A DNA stretch of 63,930 nt from a virus (lineage: Duplodnaviria > Caudoviricetes): IMG/VR virus record IMGVR_UViG_3300037714_000576, positions 1 to 63,930 of that record; one strand, 5' to 3'. Shown piece after piece: positions 19,249-29,099 of this stretch. The notes under the pieces are model-generated. The model did no database searches. It had not been told where the DNA came from and was given only the letters and a program-made list of their open reading frames with translations. The position numbers and the translations under genes are program-made. Within the stretch, counting starts at the first letter, position 1. Each line of letters begins with the position of its first letter.

Positions 19249-19778
19249 TTGAACCTTCCAATATTCTGTTTGAAAGAGTGCTGTCTTGCGGCTTGCGGCT
19301 TTGTGTAGTTGCTATGAACGGTGGCGGGGGTATTCACAGGGATGAGTTCATGTGGGTTGTGGAAACAAATGGGCGCCCGGTCTATCGCGGTTTCCACAAA
19401 GATTCCTCCGTTGCGTATCGTCTGATGCGTGTACATGCGGCAAGGGTTCTGAATTTGAGTGTGGAGGAATTGGATGAGTTGGGTGGTGGCGCGCGAATCC
19501 AGGAGGAAACAATGAAGCCTCAAGTATCAATGCCCGTGCAGTACTTTAGTCAGCGGACACTCGCCGCGGACAAAAAACGGCTGCCAGAGCCGGTGAAAGT
19601 AGGACCTCTACCTGCGCTCGTGTCGAAAGTGCACGACGTGGAAACGGTCAACCTGGTTGTGTTCTTGCCGACGGGTCGACATTTCATCGCGACAGACGTC
19701 ACGCTCAGTCCAACCACACCCGTGCAGCACTATTGGCAGGCGATTGAATTCGGGGGTGTGTATGCCGGGGACGAGTGA
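19245..19778 (+). CDS. Hypothetical protein
   Basis: ATGA overlap; may have internal start at MKPQV. Confidence 0.55.
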   Translation: MIEPSNILFERVLSCGLRLCVVAMNGGGGIHRDEFMWVVETNGRPVYRGFHKDSSVAYRLMRVHAARVLNLSVEELDELGGGARIQEETMKPQVSMPVQYFSQRTLAADKKRLPEPVKVGPLPALVSKVHDVETVNLVVFLPTGRHFIATDVTLSPTTPVQHYWQAIEFGGVYAGDE

Positions 19779-20244
19779 AGGCTACGAGCCTACGGGCTTG
19801 GAGCCGAATAGCGCAGTCTCGCGATTGGACCTAGATCCATCACGGTTCGATCACCAGACGGCCGAGATCTTTCTTGCGCGCCTCAATCGCGTGCTCGAAC
19901 TTCCAGAAACGACAGTGCTGGAGAAATCGCTAGACCAAATTCGGCTACTACGTGCGCAACGCGACAATGCGGTAACAGCTTTGCGGTCCGCTTGGGCCTA
20001 TGTGCACCAACGTTTTCAGGGCTTGAAGTGCGGAGCCCAAGGCACTTGGGCGCAAGCCTACGATGAGATCACTACGCATATCGGTGAACTGCAAGCCACT
20101 GTCGCCAATCTGAAGAGTCGGCGTGATGGTGTCGGCTTAAAGATGACTGATCGAGCTGAGTGGCTCGAGCTTGTGCCTTCACTGGTGGAACGTATCAAGC
20201 GTCTGGAGGACGTTGTGTTTCCGCCTGTCGAACAGGGGTTGTAG
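19762..20244 (+). CDS. Coiled-coil hypothetical protein
   Basis: Heptad-like helices. Confidence 0.6.
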   Translation: MPGTSEGYEPTGLEPNSAVSRLDLDPSRFDHQTAEIFLARLNRVLELPETTVLEKSLDQIRLLRAQRDNAVTALRSAWAYVHQRFQGLKCGAQGTWAQAYDEITTHIGELQATVANLKSRRDGVGLKMTDRAEWLELVPSLVERIKRLEDVVFPPVEQGL

Positions 20245-20248
20245 TCCG

Positions 20249-20548
20249 GTGCCTAATCCCAACCGAACACCACATGTGCAGTTCCGGCTTGATGTTGAAA
20301 CGTTTGCGTTGGTGCAACAGCGTGTAACGGAGCTCCGTTCGCAGGGAACGCTTACGACGGTGAATTTGTACTGTCGCGGGCTATTCCTTTCTGCATTGGG
20401 GCAATCGAAAGACCTCGCCTTCGCAGATGAAATTGCGCTCATGGCCCATGCGTCAAAGCACCGTGTTGCGCGGCTCATCGGGGAGCTTCTGGAAGAGCAC
20501 ATGGAGACCATCGTCCAGGCCGCTCTTACCGAGCCTGACGACGGGTGA
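20249..20548 (+). CDS. Ribbon-helix-helix-like DNA-binding protein
   Basis: HVQFRLD beta strand followed by two helices. Confidence 0.5.
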   Translation: MPNPNRTPHVQFRLDVETFALVQQRVTELRSQGTLTTVNLYCRGLFLSALGQSKDLAFADEIALMAHASKHRVARLIGELLEEHMETIVQAALTEPDDG

Positions 20549-20560
20549 TAGACTGTTCGG

Positions 20561-20806
20561 GTGGATCCGGCCGTCATTGCCTCTATCGATACGATCTTGA
20601 AAGGGGCCGGCTTTGTCGGGGTAGTCGCACTGGCCTTCGGCTGGACCGCCTACAAGCTCTACAATCGTCTGCAGGTGATCCAAGACAAGCGCGTGGAAGA
20701 CGCGCAGAAGTATGCGGATAGTATGGCGCAGGCCACATCGACGATCAAAGAGCTCACTGCAGCGGTAAACCGCATCGCGGACATGTGGGACGGGAAGAGC
20801 CGTTGA
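20561..20806 (+). CDS. Small TM protein (holin-like)
   Basis: One TM helix plus coiled-coil tail. Confidence 0.55.
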   Translation: MDPAVIASIDTILKGAGFVGVVALAFGWTAYKLYNRLQVIQDKRVEDAQKYADSMAQATSTIKELTAAVNRIADMWDGKSR

Positions 20807-21040
20807 GGTCGCTGATGCCGAAGAAACATCGCGATGACGAAGTCACACAACAGATACGTGTTGGCCGTGAAGCGCTGGACGAGGCGTTGCGCGAAAGCGA
20901 AGCGGCAGCACGACGCATTCAGAGTTCTGTTCCGCCTGGCGCGCCCGAGAACGGCACGGAAGAAAGCGATTGCGAAAGAGAGCGAGAGACCAAGCCATGA
21001 CGGCTTTGGCAGCCAAGTCTTCGAGTAAGGGGTAGACACC

Positions 21041-21619
21041 ATGTTTCTGCAAACAGGTCTCGGGCTCGCGCGGAACCAGTGGGACAACAATTTTCGCGCG
21101 TTCGATCCGAACGGGTACCAGCTGCGACGTGTCGCTGATCTCCCTTGGATGGACTTTCGAGAAGGGGACTGGACGCTCAGTAGCGCGGAGCTCCCGCAAG
21201 AGCTGTGGAAGAAGTGGATCGTGGTTCCTGACGCGCAAAAGGAGAACCACCCCGGCTATCAAACGGGTCTCGATTGCTACTATTGGGGCTTCCGGCCACC
21301 CGATGTCGCGGATCCGGTGCTTTTTGGCGTACGGAACAAGTTTGGCATTGGTGGACTGCCGGGCTCATTCAAGGTCTGCACGTTCCGCATGCCTGACAAG
21401 GCATGTCCGGACGTTTCTTGTCCAGTGCCGCGTCCATGTCCCGTTCCTGCGCCGTGCCCTGTTCCTGCGCCATGTCCGACGTGCCCCACGTGTCCCGCGC
21501 CGCAGACCCTTGCACCTGCAAAGTATGGTGTGAATGTTGGTTTGCTTGTCGCTGCGGGCCTGACTGCGGGTGTCGGCTATTACGGCTACAAAAAGGGTTG
21601 GTTCAAGCGCAGGAGTTGA
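21041..21619 (+). CDS. Putative virion membrane protein with CPxP repeats
   Basis: CPVPAP repeats, C-terminal TM, basic tail. Confidence 0.75.
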   Translation: MFLQTGLGLARNQWDNNFRAFDPNGYQLRRVADLPWMDFREGDWTLSSAELPQELWKKWIVVPDAQKENHPGYQTGLDCYYWGFRPPDVADPVLFGVRNKFGIGGLPGSFKVCTFRMPDKACPDVSCPVPRPCPVPAPCPVPAPCPTCPTCPAPQTLAPAKYGVNVGLLVAAGLTAGVGYYGYKKGWFKRRS

Positions 21620-21636
21620 CGTTTTGAAGTGAAAGG

Positions 21637-21948
21637 TTGACTGCAAGCGTGATAGTAAACACGCATGGCGTTGATCTGGAACGGCGAAGCCATCCCGGCC
21701 ACGTGCTTTTCCTGCATTTCGGACATCCGAAAGGACGGGGAAGTATGAAAAAGGGTGAACTGATCTTCACGGGGCCTGTCGTTTGCGACTGGGTTGCCTG
21801 TCGTTGTGGCGGCCGCATGTGCGTATACGAAACGGCGATCGTGCATTCGCAACCGTACTGTCAACAGTTTGAAAACATGGAGCCACGCGATTATGTCCGA
21901 TGGGTGCGTATCGGCTATCAGGCCGTCATTCCGAAGCAAGAGTGTTGA
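21637..21948 (+). CDS. Hypothetical protein
   Basis: Cys/His-containing ORF; start uncertain. Confidence 0.45.
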   Translation: MTASVIVNTHGVDLERRSHPGHVLFLHFGHPKGRGSMKKGELIFTGPVVCDWVACRCGGRMCVYETAIVHSQPYCQQFENMEPRDYVRWVRIGYQAVIPKQEC

Positions 21949-22191
21949 TTACGCTCCGCTGTTCGATTGGGTGGCAGACTGTCTTGCGGTAGCTACGCCG
22001 CAGAATGTCTGTCGTGTGCTGCGAGTTGTAGACGACAACGGATATATCCGCCGTTTTGGCGCCTACATTCCACAGCGGTACGAGTCTACTTGCCGGCAGT
22101 TTCGACGCTTGAGTGAGCTCGAACAAGATCGTCAGGCTCAAATGTGGTTCGAGAACATCGAACCCGGATTTCTGGCCCTAGGAACGCACCA

Positions 22192-22377
22192 ATGAGAATC
22201 TGCGCGAAAAATCCATTCTACAAGGACGTCATTAGGGCAGTGCGTGAAGCGTTGCCTGCGCTCGACTACAACGATGCTGCTGATATTGCAGATGGCAACG
22301 TTGAGATCGACGAAGTGCGCGCCGAACAGATTCTGGCGAAGATGCCGGATCCCGATGAGCTTTGCGAGCTGGTATGA
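22192..22377 (+). CDS. Hypothetical protein
   Basis: ATGA overlap. Confidence 0.5.
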   Translation: MRICAKNPFYKDVIRAVREALPALDYNDAADIADGNVEIDEVRAEQILAKMPDPDELCELV

Positions 22378-22559
22378 GGTGCGAACACCATCAGTGCGAA
22401 CTGTCGACACCAACGGGTGTCGACGAATGGCGCTTGCCCGATTCGCCTGAACACCCGAGTGGTGTGTTGGTGCAGTGGTGTCCGTTCTGTGGCGCTATCC
22501 GCGAGATTTGCGGTACTGAAATTGGATTCTGGCGCAAACCGTTGAACAAATGTCTCTGA
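22374..22559 (+). CDS. Small Cys-rich protein
   Basis: WCPFCGAIR, similar to 13382..13651. Confidence 0.55.
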   Translation: MRCEHHQCELSTPTGVDEWRLPDSPEHPSGVLVQWCPFCGAIREICGTEIGFWRKPLNKCL

Positions 22560-22571
22560 TTGGGCTATGTC

Positions 22572-23426
22572 ATGACTGTTCCGTTTTTACGCTGGGTTGG
22601 AGGCAAGGCAAAGTTGTTGCCGTCGTTGGTGTCGCTATTGCCGCCAAACTACGCGACACGTCGCTACGTAGAGCCTTTCGTGGGAGGTGGGGCGCTCTTC
22701 TTCCACCTCCAGCCCAAAGAGGCCTTGCTGTCAGATTTGAACCAAGATCTGATTCACACGTACGCAGCGGTACGTGATCACCCGGACACGCTCATTGCGG
22801 AGCTGGATGCATTCAACACCGCGCACAAGCATCACGGGGATGGGCACTACTACTACGTACGGGACCGTTTCAACGCCCGCTACGGCACCTGGTTGAATCG
22901 CGCGGCACAGTTCATCTACTTGAATAAGTGTTCGTTCAATGGCGTCTGGCGAGTCAATTTGAAGGGTGAGTACAACGTTCCAGCGGGAAAGTTCAAATCA
23001 GGTCCGAACATCGTGAATGAAGAGACTGTGCGTGCAGCCAGTGCGGTCCTGCACAATACAGAGCTAATTCACGGTGATTTTGAGGCGTTGCTTGTCGAGG
23101 CATGGGAAGGCGACTTCGTCTACCTCGATCCGCCCTATGTTCCGTTGTCGGAATCTGCTGATTTCACGACCTATACTGCTGGCGGTTTCGACATCGAAGA
23201 TCAGAAGCGTCTTGCGGAGGTTTACCGGAAACTGCACGAGCGCGGATGCATGCTGATGCTTTCCAACAGCAGTACGGAGATCGTCCGCGAGCTCTATCGT
23301 GGTTTCCACATCACGGAAGTCTCGGCCCTGCGTTCGATCAACTCAGACATTGCTGGACGTGGTCTGGTTACGGAGCTCGTGATTCGCAACTACGATTTGG
23401 CCGAGCGTGTCGAAACAGCTGCGTAG
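22572..23426 (+). CDS. dam: Dam-like N6-adenine DNA methyltransferase
   Basis: FLRWVGGK, YVEPFVGGG, FIYLNK..FNG, YLDPPY, LSNS. Confidence 0.93.
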   Translation: MTVPFLRWVGGKAKLLPSLVSLLPPNYATRRYVEPFVGGGALFFHLQPKEALLSDLNQDLIHTYAAVRDHPDTLIAELDAFNTAHKHHGDGHYYYVRDRFNARYGTWLNRAAQFIYLNKCSFNGVWRVNLKGEYNVPAGKFKSGPNIVNEETVRAASAVLHNTELIHGDFEALLVEAWEGDFVYLDPPYVPLSESADFTTYTAGGFDIEDQKRLAEVYRKLHERGCMLMLSNSSTEIVRELYRGFHITEVSALRSINSDIAGRGLVTELVIRNYDLAERVETAA

Positions 23427-23692
23427 TGGGCAAGAAGGGCAAAAGTTGGCGTCGTGCCCGGGACAGCGACTCTCGGCGAAAGCGCCTTCGTTTGCTGTTT
23501 CAACGCTACAACGGCCGGTGCGCGATTTGTGGATGCCAGTGCGTGATTGACACTTTTGCGGTCGATCCGTGCAAAGCGACTGTCGATCACATCATTCCGT
23601 ACGCACTAGGTGGTGAAGATCGTCAGCATAACTGGCAACTTGCTTGTTTCGCATGTAACAACCGTAAAGGTGCACAATTGGAGGTCCGCTGA
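23426..23692 (+). CDS. HNH endonuclease
   Basis: CAICG, TVDHIIP..GG.D..N.QLAC..CN..KG. Confidence 0.9.
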   Translation: MGKKGKSWRRARDSDSRRKRLRLLFQRYNGRCAICGCQCVIDTFAVDPCKATVDHIIPYALGGEDRQHNWQLACFACNNRKGAQLEVR

Positions 23693-23704
23693 ATAAATCT
23701 GTTG

Positions 23705-23962
23705 TTAGCGTGGTCGATGGGGGCGTGTGACATCGGCCCTTGAGAGCACTGCACGACCTTCCGCCGTCGTTTCGAGCTCGAGCATGATGATCTCACGTTG
23801 CGCTTCTACGCCGGCCTGATACGCGTGTGTGAATAGTCTGCGGAGTAGCGATTTCAGCATATCGGGCATTCGGAGACCGATATGTTCAAAACGCGTTTCG
23901 GCGCTCACCAAGATACCCTCCACGTCTCGAATTGCCCGGTCGATTGTAGGACGTGGGAGCAC
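23705..23962 (-). CDS. Hypothetical protein
   Basis: Only long ORF in the interval. Confidence 0.5.
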   Translation of the reverse strand: MLPRPTIDRAIRDVEGILVSAETRFEHIGLRMPDMLKSLLRRLFTHAYQAGVEAQREIIMLELETTAEGRAVLSRADVTRPHRPR

Positions 23963-24040
23963 CCCGTGATCTTAGGCACACCGGCGGTGTTCAGCGTATG
24001 TCTTCCGGGGGCGTAGCCCAAGTGGGGGAGGCGTACTGTG

Positions 24041-24640
24041 TCAGCGCGCGGCCAGCGCTCGACGTAGCTTTACACGCTGTACCTTGCCTGTAAAATCTTC
24101 TTTGGTCGGCTTTTCCTTGTGGAAACCCCACCAGACCAGGCCGCTAAGAGCAGCGACACCGACACTCAGCCCGACCCAGAATTTCGGTGAGTTCACGAAA
24201 CCCTTGGTGGGCGTGAGCGCAGCACGAACTTGACTGAGTACGGGGGGTGGTGGGGTCTCAACTAGTTCCAATTCTGCGCCCGTTTTGTGCATCACGTCCG
24301 CTTCGAATGCGACAAGTTGTTGTCCGAACTCGACGATGTTGGGCTGTACTTCGAGAAACACTCGATCGTCGGTGTGTGCACGCAGCAACTTCATTGCAAG
24401 GGCGTTCGCGGTATTCTGCAGTTCGGTGAGCCGCGTACGGATTGGATCTGCAGCTTCTTTCGGCAGACCTGCTTGCTCTACGAGCTCTGACAGATCTTTC
24501 AGCACATTGAGCGAAGCGTGAATGCGATTGCTGAGTGTTGTAGGCGTATTTTCGTCAAGCCGCGCAAGTGTGTTCGTGTCTGCGGCCGTTGTGGGTGCGC
24601 GGGTCTGTCCGAATGCGCCGTAAATCACGTTGCTTTGCAT
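24041..24640 (-). CDS. Helical protein with C-terminal TM (putative virion membrane protein)
   Basis: GGAGG SD, coiled coil, TM FWVGLSVGVAALSGLVWWGF, basic tail. Confidence 0.8.
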   Translation of the reverse strand: MQSNVIYGAFGQTRAPTTAADTNTLARLDENTPTTLSNRIHASLNVLKDLSELVEQAGLPKEAADPIRTRLTELQNTANALAMKLLRAHTDDRVFLEVQPNIVEFGQQLVAFEADVMHKTGAELELVETPPPPVLSQVRAALTPTKGFVNSPKFWVGLSVGVAALSGLVWWGFHKEKPTKEDFTGKVQRVKLRRALAAR

Positions 24641-24673
24641 AACGCCTCCGTGTGGATGGTATCATAGGCGCCT

Positions 24674-25375
24674 GTGCCCGTAACTCTGCCGAAAGCGTCT
24701 GAGCTTGCGTCGATCGAAAGCGGCGCAGGGACTACGTACCGTCTTACTCCTACAGACGCCGAGTGGGCAATTCGCATGGCGGTCTACGAAGGGTCCGATC
24801 CGACGGCTGTGCTCTGGGTGATGGCCCAGCGCTGGGTCTTGTTTCAGCTCCAAGGCGTCGGGTATACCAAGTTCGCGACGCTGCTCCGGCAGTTCTCCCA
24901 GCCGATCAACCCCAAATGGGCTGCAGACGGCGAGTTTTGCAAGCCCGGCGGCCGCTACCACGGCAAGCCCCCCTGCAGCGAGGACAAGCTCGTTCGGCGC
25001 GCTCGAGCGCAGACCGAGCCCCTCTCGGCGACGATTGCGCGCTCGCCCGAGCTCGCCGGCGCGGCCGTTCTTTGGCTCCAAGGCCTTGCGCCGAACCCGG
25101 TCCCGCGCGCGACCGACTTCGCCCAAGAGCCCGTTGCGGAAGGTTTCCTCGAAGATCACCCCGAGGCCGAAGCCATCCTGCGTGAGCCCGCCAAGAGCTG
25201 CCCGAGCTGCAACGTCATGATCGTCACGGCGGACACCCGCCGTTGGCCTGTGAACTACGTGTGGATGCGCGCTCCAAGTGGCGCAATCGCCGACGCTAGC
25301 GGCGGGGGGCGTGCTGGGGACAGGTTCGCCAAGGGCTTCGCAGAGGGGCTCGCGCGCTGGTGGAAATTCGGTTGA
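24674..25375 (+). CDS. SleB/Hydrolase_2-like cell wall hydrolase
   Basis: DAEWAIRMAVYEG...AVLWVMAQR resembles D..LAR.I..EA...AV..V..NR; QFS; NPV.RATDF. Confidence 0.5.
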   Translation: MPVTLPKASELASIESGAGTTYRLTPTDAEWAIRMAVYEGSDPTAVLWVMAQRWVLFQLQGVGYTKFATLLRQFSQPINPKWAADGEFCKPGGRYHGKPPCSEDKLVRRARAQTEPLSATIARSPELAGAAVLWLQGLAPNPVPRATDFAQEPVAEGFLEDHPEAEAILREPAKSCPSCNVMIVTADTRRWPVNYVWMRAPSGAIADASGGGRAGDRFAKGFAEGLARWWKFG

Positions 25376-25377
25376 GT

Positions 25378-25695
25378 ATGGAAATCAAGCTTGGTCGAAC
25401 GACTTGGAATGCGAAAGTGCTTGCGGACGTCGTGCACTATGGTGCGTGTCATGCTGTTCGCTTTCACGACAAAGCGTACATCTTTTCAGTCTGGGAACTG
25501 CTCTACGAGCAAGGCATGATCAAGGGTAGTTTCACTTCGTTCCAGAATGCGCTGCTTGACCTGCACAAGCACGATTTCATCACACTCTCACGTGCAGACC
25601 TTGTTGCAGCCATGGATCCAGATCTTCTACAAAAGTCGGTCACGCTTCATCCAACAGGACGCGCGGAATTCCATTTTGTGGCAGCACGCTGTTGA
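25378..25695 (+). CDS. Hypothetical protein
   Basis: F..ALL.L....ITLSRADLVAAMDP...FHFV. Confidence 0.65.
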   Translation: MEIKLGRTTWNAKVLADVVHYGACHAVRFHDKAYIFSVWELLYEQGMIKGSFTSFQNALLDLHKHDFITLSRADLVAAMDPDLLQKSVTLHPTGRAEFHFVAARC

Positions 25696-25714
25696 GAGTC
25701 GGGAAAGACGCAAA

Positions 25715-26422
25715 ATGAAACTCCGAAGCAAAAAGCTGACGAAGGGCCAAAAAGCGCTCAAATACGCCGGAATCGCTTTCGGTGCGAGCGCAGTGCTGAT
25801 CACCATTCGTGAGACGTACCTTGCGTTCGGTGCACGACGTGAGCGGCGGAGATCTGTCTACGAACAGGCGTACAAGCGCTCCAAGGAGCTCGGTGTGCCG
25901 TTGATCGTACTCGGCGATCCTGACGCGGGGCTCATGAATCACATGCTCGGCCGGCAGTGGCAATGCGGTGTCGCGCAGAACGACGTGATCTGCATCGACC
26001 CGAAAGGCTGCGGTCTGTGCCCGTCGCAGGTGCAAGGCTGGCCGGAAGACGTTCTGACGCAGTTCAAGCCACACAGTGCGGTGATCTACGATCCCGGTGC
26101 GTTTGCAATGGCCAACGACGGTGTGAAACTCGCACAGGAAATGCAGCGTGTTGCGCTGCAAGGCGAAGTCTACATGGCAGACGTCGAGCCCTGGTCTGTC
26201 GCGGCATTCTTCGAGCCGGCACGCAAACGTCGTGTGCTGGTGGAGCCTCAAGTCAGCCCAACGCGTACTCTGAGCTGGAAGCCGACGTGGTTCCGCAAAG
26301 AACCGACTTCTGCTTCGCGTGCGGAGCAAGCAATTGCGTTGAAAGGTCTTGGGTCGGGTGTTTTGGCGATGAGCGTTCCACGGGGAACTTTCGGCACGAT
26401 GGCGTATCCACCTATTCGTTGA
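25715..26422 (+). CDS. N-terminally membrane-anchored protein
   Basis: Basic N terminus + TM + alpha/beta domain (LIVLGDPD). Confidence 0.75.
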   Translation: MKLRSKKLTKGQKALKYAGIAFGASAVLITIRETYLAFGARRERRRSVYEQAYKRSKELGVPLIVLGDPDAGLMNHMLGRQWQCGVAQNDVICIDPKGCGLCPSQVQGWPEDVLTQFKPHSAVIYDPGAFAMANDGVKLAQEMQRVALQGEVYMADVEPWSVAAFFEPARKRRVLVEPQVSPTRTLSWKPTWFRKEPTSASRAEQAIALKGLGSGVLAMSVPRGTFGTMAYPPIR

Positions 26423-26483
26423 GGCGCGTGATGGAAAAAATCAACTACGCCGTGGCACGTGTGAATCCGTGTTGGGCCCAGAC

Positions 26484-26678
26484 ATGAGTCAGCACGTCTA
26501 CTTCAGGTGCGACCTTTGCAAAGAGACAATGGAGCCTGCTGACATGAGCAAAGTGACGGTGGAGTTACGTTGCTTTGAAATCTGCCGGAAGTGCGTTTCT
26601 ACTGTCTCGGTGCGATACTTGGTGGAAAGCGCCAATACCGATTTCAAGAAGAGCCCGCCCGATCCCAAAAAGAAGTGA
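26484..26678 (+). CDS. Small zinc-finger protein
   Basis: CDLC...CRKC. Confidence 0.55.
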   Translation: MSQHVYFRCDLCKETMEPADMSKVTVELRCFEICRKCVSTVSVRYLVESANTDFKKSPPDPKKK

Positions 26679-26896
26679 GTGCGTAATGTGGGAAATCCTT
26701 GGCGCCGCGAACATTCTTCTTGCGCTGGTGAACGCGTACTGTCTGTCTGTGCTGATCGTGAACCTGCGACGCGCGGAAGAAGAGAAAAATGTTGATTGAA
26801 ATCCCGCTGTGGGTTGTGTTTGCCGTCATCGCGAACACGACGCTCGCGCTCACGAAGAGTGTGATCTATCTCTGTGTGTTCAGGAGACTCTAAATC

Positions 26897-27097
26897 ATGA
26901 AAAACAACGCAGGATTCTACGTGGGGAGTGCAGTGCTGATTGGCGTTGCCGGATTCATCGCACATCGACTCGGCTATTCGAGCGGCTACACCGATGCGAG
27001 CAATCAATACAAAGAGCTCGAACGGCTTGCACAGAACACTGTGCAGACACCCGGCGCGACGGTGGCGGGCATGCGTGGTTTCTGGGGACGGTACTGA
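26897..27097 (+). CDS. Small TM protein
   Basis: AGGAG SD, TM helix, C-terminal MRGFWG. Confidence 0.7.
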   Translation: MKNNAGFYVGSAVLIGVAGFIAHRLGYSSGYTDASNQYKELERLAQNTVQTPGATVAGMRGFWGRY

Positions 27098-27195
27098 GAG
27101 CTGCGTGATACGCTTGATCTTGTAGTGCCCCAAGGAGGGGCCGCTGTCCGCCGCGAGTTGCGCGTGTGGACCATACCCGAAATCGGAGGATCGTC

Positions 27196-27342
27196 ATGGC
27201 TGCACGTCGTTGTCGCGGGGCAAAGGGTCGTTTCAAGAAGTGCGGGAGTGGTGGAGGCGGGACCCGCCGCAAGCGCGGGAAGAGCAAAGGCCGGTGCCTG
27301 CGCTACTCCAAGGGCAAGCGTCGCTGCCTGAAGCGCGGCTGA
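27196..27342 (+). CDS. 48-aa Arg/Lys/Cys-rich basic protein (not in ORF track)
   Basis: GGAGGA SD; MAARRCRGAKGRFKKCGSGGGGTRRKRGKSKGRCLRYSKGKRRCLKRG. Confidence 0.75.
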   Translation: MAARRCRGAKGRFKKCGSGGGGTRRKRGKSKGRCLRYSKGKRRCLKRG

Positions 27343-27381
27343 TCGCACTCGGAACGGTCGGACGAGGCGAAAGGAGCAGCC

Positions 27382-27717
27382 ATGGCGAGGAGACGTAAGC
27401 GCCGCACGAGCGGCACTGCAGGTACGGCCGGGCTCGGGATGATCCGAGTTCGGGGGACCCTTTGCCGGAGCCGGCGGGGCAAGTTCACCAAGTGCCGCAA
27501 GCCGGTGAAGCGCGGCCGCGGGAGCGGCTTCGGCAAGCGGCACGCGGACATTGCCGGTCGAAAGACGGCCGGACGCTGTCTGAAGTGGGGCTCGGGCAAG
27601 ACGAAGCGCGGGTTTCGCAGGTGCGCTAAGCGCGCTCCGTTGCGCGCGTCGGGTGCGGGCAAGGGCCGCTGTCAGAAGTGGTCCCGCGGGCGCACGCGCT
27701 GCATGAAGCGCGCGTAG
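27382..27717 (+). CDS. Protamine-like basic protein (putative DNA-condensing core protein)
   Basis: AAGGAG SD; very R/K-rich, repeated GRC..W..G...RC.KR. Confidence 0.8.
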   Translation: MARRRKRRTSGTAGTAGLGMIRVRGTLCRSRRGKFTKCRKPVKRGRGSGFGKRHADIAGRKTAGRCLKWGSGKTKRGFRRCAKRAPLRASGAGKGRCQKWSRGRTRCMKRA

Positions 27718-27914
27718 GGCGTCGTAGACAACGGTGGACGAAGGCGGATCAGAAAACTGATTCGCCTTTTGTAATTCGTCGCGTATTTCATGGGCGGCTG
27801 AACTCGTGAAGAAACACGGCGGCGAGTGCGGCGACGATCAGATACACAATTCCGAACCACCAACCGAGACTGAGGTACGCGGCAACGAAACAGCAGTAGA
27901 TGACGAGGGCTACC

Positions 27915-28340
27915 TTACGCATGTTCCACGCCCTCTGAAATGGGAACAACAAGGATGCTGTCACGTGCTTCGTTCGGATCGAAATTCTGCAGGACGAACG
28001 CTTCTGCCTCAAAATAGGATTCGAACGTCTTGGCACCTGCAAGCTCCTGCAGCCAATTTGCAGACTCGTTGTAGTAGAAGTACGTGCCGTTGACCCAAGC
28101 TTGCAACACGTAGGGCGCCTGTTTCACGTTTTCTTCCATATCACGAAGTATGAAGGTAGAGATCTCCCGAAAGATGTCTGCTTGCGCGCGGGCTAGAAGT
28201 CGAGGTTGTCCGCGGGAAGCCTCCAACATCAGGTCTGCCCGCGTCAGCTCAACTAGCCGCTTTGGTTCGTGGCCCAGGGGGTCGAGCTGGCGAAGGCGCC
28301 GCCTGCAGTAGCGCAAGAGCACGCCGGTTCGGAGGGTCAT
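27915..28340 (-). CDS. Hypothetical protein
   Basis: Part of minus-strand operon with ATGA overlaps. Confidence 0.6.
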   Translation of the reverse strand: MTLRTGVLLRYCRRRLRQLDPLGHEPKRLVELTRADLMLEASRGQPRLLARAQADIFREISTFILRDMEENVKQAPYVLQAWVNGTYFYYNESANWLQELAGAKTFESYFEAEAFVLQNFDPNEARDSILVVPISEGVEHA

Positions 28341-28765
28341 TCCTCGGGCTCCGGGGGCTCGGATGGCGCAGCCTCCCCGAACGTCGGCACCGGCGGGGGC
28401 GCAGGCAATTTGCCCTCAAAAGGCGGTGCAAGACGAGGTCGGATCGTGCTCGGAGGGCCGACCTGTTCGAGCTCGGCCGTGGGCGCAACCGCACGCCGTC
28501 GAAGGATCCCTTCGAGCACATCGAAACAGACGTTGAACGCGTGGGTTCCTACGCTCGAGCCGCGCGCGTCGCGGAGGCCACGCATGGAGATGTCGATCGA
28601 TCGGTACTCCACATGTAGTCCACTTGGACCACTCCACAGTGCACCGAGGGAGATCGCAGAGGCATCGTGGTACGGGGAAGTCACTGCGCGCAGGTCCACG
28701 TCAAAGACCTCTGCCGCAAGCTTCTGGAGCTCTTCGAACGTGATACGCGTAGTCGGCGGCGGCAT
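28337..28765 (-). CDS. Hypothetical protein
   Basis: Operon packing, Pro-rich tail. Confidence 0.6.
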   Translation of the reverse strand: MPPPTTRITFEELQKLAAEVFDVDLRAVTSPYHDASAISLGALWSGPSGLHVEYRSIDISMRGLRDARGSSVGTHAFNVCFDVLEGILRRRAVAPTAELEQVGPPSTIRPRLAPPFEGKLPAPPPVPTFGEAAPSEPPEPEE

Positions 28766-28769
28766 GCGT

Positions 28770-29099
28770 TCATCGTACCACCCCGGAGCTAGGCTCCATG
28801 AAGGGTCTGTAGACGCGTGTCGGACCGTCTTCTGGCTGAATTACCAAGATCACACGTTCGGGGCTTTCCCAGGCGTAGTGACACAACACGTATTTTGCGA
28901 AGTCGAATTCGGGAAGGTAGTTAATGCCCGCACCGAGCGTGAGGCATTGTGGATGTTTGTTGCCGCCATAGTGCTCTGCCAACTCCCGAAAGTCGCAATC
29001 GCAATGATGCTTCTTGAGCGACTCGTTTAGATGTAAAAGTACTTTGTCTTCATCTTCGGACAAGGAACAAATAAACGTCACACCTGATACCATGCTCAT
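28770..29099 (-). CDS. Conserved phage hypothetical protein
   Basis: GGNKHPQ...GINYL...W..PE.V.L pattern. Confidence 0.6.
   Translation of the reverse strand: MSMVSGVTFICSLSEDEDKVLLHLNESLKKHHCDCDFRELAEHYGGNKHPQCLTLGAGINYLPEFDFAKYVLCHYAWESPERVILVIQPEDGPTRVYRPFMEPSSGVVR

Noticed and set aside
22572-23692. MTase + HNH as a restriction-modification system
   Set aside because: The HNH is a minimal 88-aa domain, and orphan Dam and small HNH genes are common in phages. No support beyond adjacency.
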